Source of the DNA: a virus
Virus record (IMG/VR): IMGVR_UViG_3300041411_000085
Span: 1 to 64,000 of that record
Reading direction: 5' to 3' (one strand)
Length of the DNA stretch: 64,000 bases
Positions 62,498 through 64,000 of the stretch are shown here, piece after piece. Every line of letters starts with the position of its first letter. Position 1 is the stretch's first letter. The position numbers were made by a program, and so were the translations under genes. The notes under the pieces were generated by a model. It ran no database searches. It had not been told where the DNA came from and worked only from the letters and a program-made list of their open reading frames with translations.

Positions 62498-63202
62498 ATG
62501 TCTAAGATTAAAGTAGAATATATTGATCATCTTGGGGATGACTTGCGAGTAGCGAATATTGCACGAGTGAGTTTCGGTAAATGGAAAGAAGAGATTGATG
62601 AAAAAGATATTAAGCTGATTAAGTATCTTGCAGACCATGAACACAACAGCCCATTCCGCCATGTTCAAGTAAGTGTACGTTGTAAAGCTCCAGTGTTCCT
62701 TGCCCGACAACTTGTAAAGCATTGCGTAGGACTTAGTTGGAACGAAATTAGTCGTCGCTATGTGGACACGGATTTTGAGTTCTACCATCCTGAAGAGTGG
62801 CGTAGTCGCCCAGAAGGTAGTGTTAAACAAGGAAGTGGTGGTAAAGTTATTGACCAACTTAAAGTTGCTTTCATGTGGGATGAAAAAGAAGGCGAGCAAG
62901 AGTGTATTGGTACACAATCCATACATGATGCTTATCAGGATCTTGTAAGTTATACAGTTGAGTTTTATGAGCTTCTGATTAAGAATGGTGTAGCGCCAGA
63001 AATGGCAAGGATGTCTCTTCCTCAATCTATGATGGTTGATTGGGTATGGACAGGTAGCCTTGAAGCGTTCTATAATGTTCACCGGTTGCGGTCTGGTGAA
63101 GGCGCTCAAGAAGAAGCTAAAGATTTCTCAGAACAACTTAAACAAGTAATTGAACCAATCTTTCCAAATGCTTGGAAGGCTCTTGAAGGAGTAGCAAAAT
63201 GA
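62498..63202 (+). CDS. thyX: Flavin-dependent thymidylate synthase
   Basis: ARVSF, HNSPF.H, RQLVKH...NEISRRY, PEMARM.LP and AQ.E motifs. Confidence 0.95.
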   Translation: MSKIKVEYIDHLGDDLRVANIARVSFGKWKEEIDEKDIKLIKYLADHEHNSPFRHVQVSVRCKAPVFLARQLVKHCVGLSWNEISRRYVDTDFEFYHPEEWRSRPEGSVKQGSGGKVIDQLKVAFMWDEKEGEQECIGTQSIHDAYQDLVSYTVEFYELLIKNGVAPEMARMSLPQSMMVDWVWTGSLEAFYNVHRLRSGEGAQEEAKDFSEQLKQVIEPIFPNAWKALEGVAK

Positions 63203-63396
63203 AAGACATTAAATTTAGTGACTACACCTTTGAACTCGTAAACTATTACAAAGTTCTTGGTGGCATGACAGGTGATCAGGCTCGACGTTACGTATTGGAT
63301 ATTGTTGATGATGTCCTTGAAAGCTACAACGGTGGATACTCCGCACATAGTATTTTCTCTGATGATGTAAATAATAATTGGGCTGGGGAGTAATAT

Positions 63397-63759
63397 ATGT
63401 CTGTAGGTTTTAATCTTTCACTTTCCGATTTGCTTCTGGTACATGGATTTGCTCAGGCATTCGGAGAAGATAATAAAGAAGCAATCAATAAGTTCCTAGA
63501 ACAGAACGGGATGGATACCAGCCAAGAAATTGATGAGGTAGTTTGCAAGCATCGTAATCTTCGTGGTCAAGTAGTTGATTGTTTGATGTATCAAGGTCAT
63601 GAACTTGAAACTAAAGCTTGGCTAGCCAGTGGTGCAGCATCGTGGGATTGTGTCGTAGATAATTGTGACCTAGATCTTCGGATTGCACTTAAGACGATGG
63701 GTAAGTCATATAATAATTCTGGTCATATTATTTCTGAACTAGAACGACATAGTAATTAA
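63397..63759 (+). CDS. Hypothetical protein
   Basis: 120 aa ORF with a GGGGAG SD. Confidence 0.65.
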   Translation: MSVGFNLSLSDLLLVHGFAQAFGEDNKEAINKFLEQNGMDTSQEIDEVVCKHRNLRGQVVDCLMYQGHELETKAWLASGAASWDCVVDNCDLDLRIALKTMGKSYNNSGHIISELERHSN

Positions 63760-63808
63760 ATAAGTAAATTTAAAGAATAAAGTATTAATTTTAAATCTAA
63801 GGAGTTGT

Positions 63809-64000
63809 ATGAATACCGCTGGCAAAAATATGATGTCGTCTTCGAAATTTTATATGGGATATTCTCGTTGGGATGAAGTGAAGGGGGGTTATGAAACTTG
63901 GGAAGAATCAGTTTCCCGTGTAATGAATATGCACCGACAGAAATATGCTTCTGTAATGACACCAGAACTTGAAGAATATATTGCTTTTGCAGAGCAAGCT
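63809..64000 (+). CDS. Ribonucleotide reductase large subunit, N-terminal fragment (class not resolvable)
   Basis: Read by hand: MNTAGKNMMSSSKFYMGYSRWDEVKGGYETWEESVSRV... with the YSR...ETWEE.V.RV motif; AAGGAG SD; follows thyX. Confidence 0.75.
   Translation, partial: MNTAGKNMMSSSKFYMGYSRWDEVKGGYETWEESVSRVMNMHRQKYASVMTPELEEYIAFAEQA

Noticed and set aside
60804-63202. Z-base or other modified-base pathway suggested by DUF5664, MazG-like and HAD genes
   Set aside because: No purZ, queuosine-pathway or hydroxymethylase gene in the window, and thyX indicates normal dTTP synthesis. The rest of the genome is unseen.

Overview
This 64 kb window comes from an AT-rich tailed dsDNA phage (Caudoviricetes). 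The host is probably Pseudomonas, because the phage carries a clear homologue of the pseudomonad intracellular mcl-PHA depolymerase PhaZ. I see no integrase, repressor, tRNA or CRISPR array. There are four transcriptional blocks. (1) 1-12.2 kb, minus strand: packaging and head genes (candidate terS, terL, portal, S49 protease-scaffold), an SGNH esterase and two structured non-coding regions. (2) 12.4-29.8 kb, plus strand: accessory and metabolic genes (phoH, ClpP-like protease, dCMP deaminase, ligase, HD hydrolase, phaZ). (3) 30.5-47.6 kb, minus strand: dozens of small ORFs driven by an array of sigma70-type promoter cassettes. (4) 47.7-64 kb, plus strand: replication and nucleotide metabolism (primase-helicase, split family B polymerase, SSB, exonuclease, thyX, start of an RNR). 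Eight free-standing homing-endonuclease-type genes are scattered through the window. The most unusual features are: two paralogous PolA/T7-RNAP-like (TV-Pol-like) polymerases, each preceded by the same 15-bp motif, with a third related copy in the convergence zone; a structured RNA upstream of terS whose loops display anti-Shine-Dalgarno sequences; a DNA polymerase split by an intronless GIY-YIG gene; and an endonuclease gene disrupted by an inverted-repeat-flanked microinversion that restores the reading frame when flipped. All family assignments are by eye from motifs; no searches were run.
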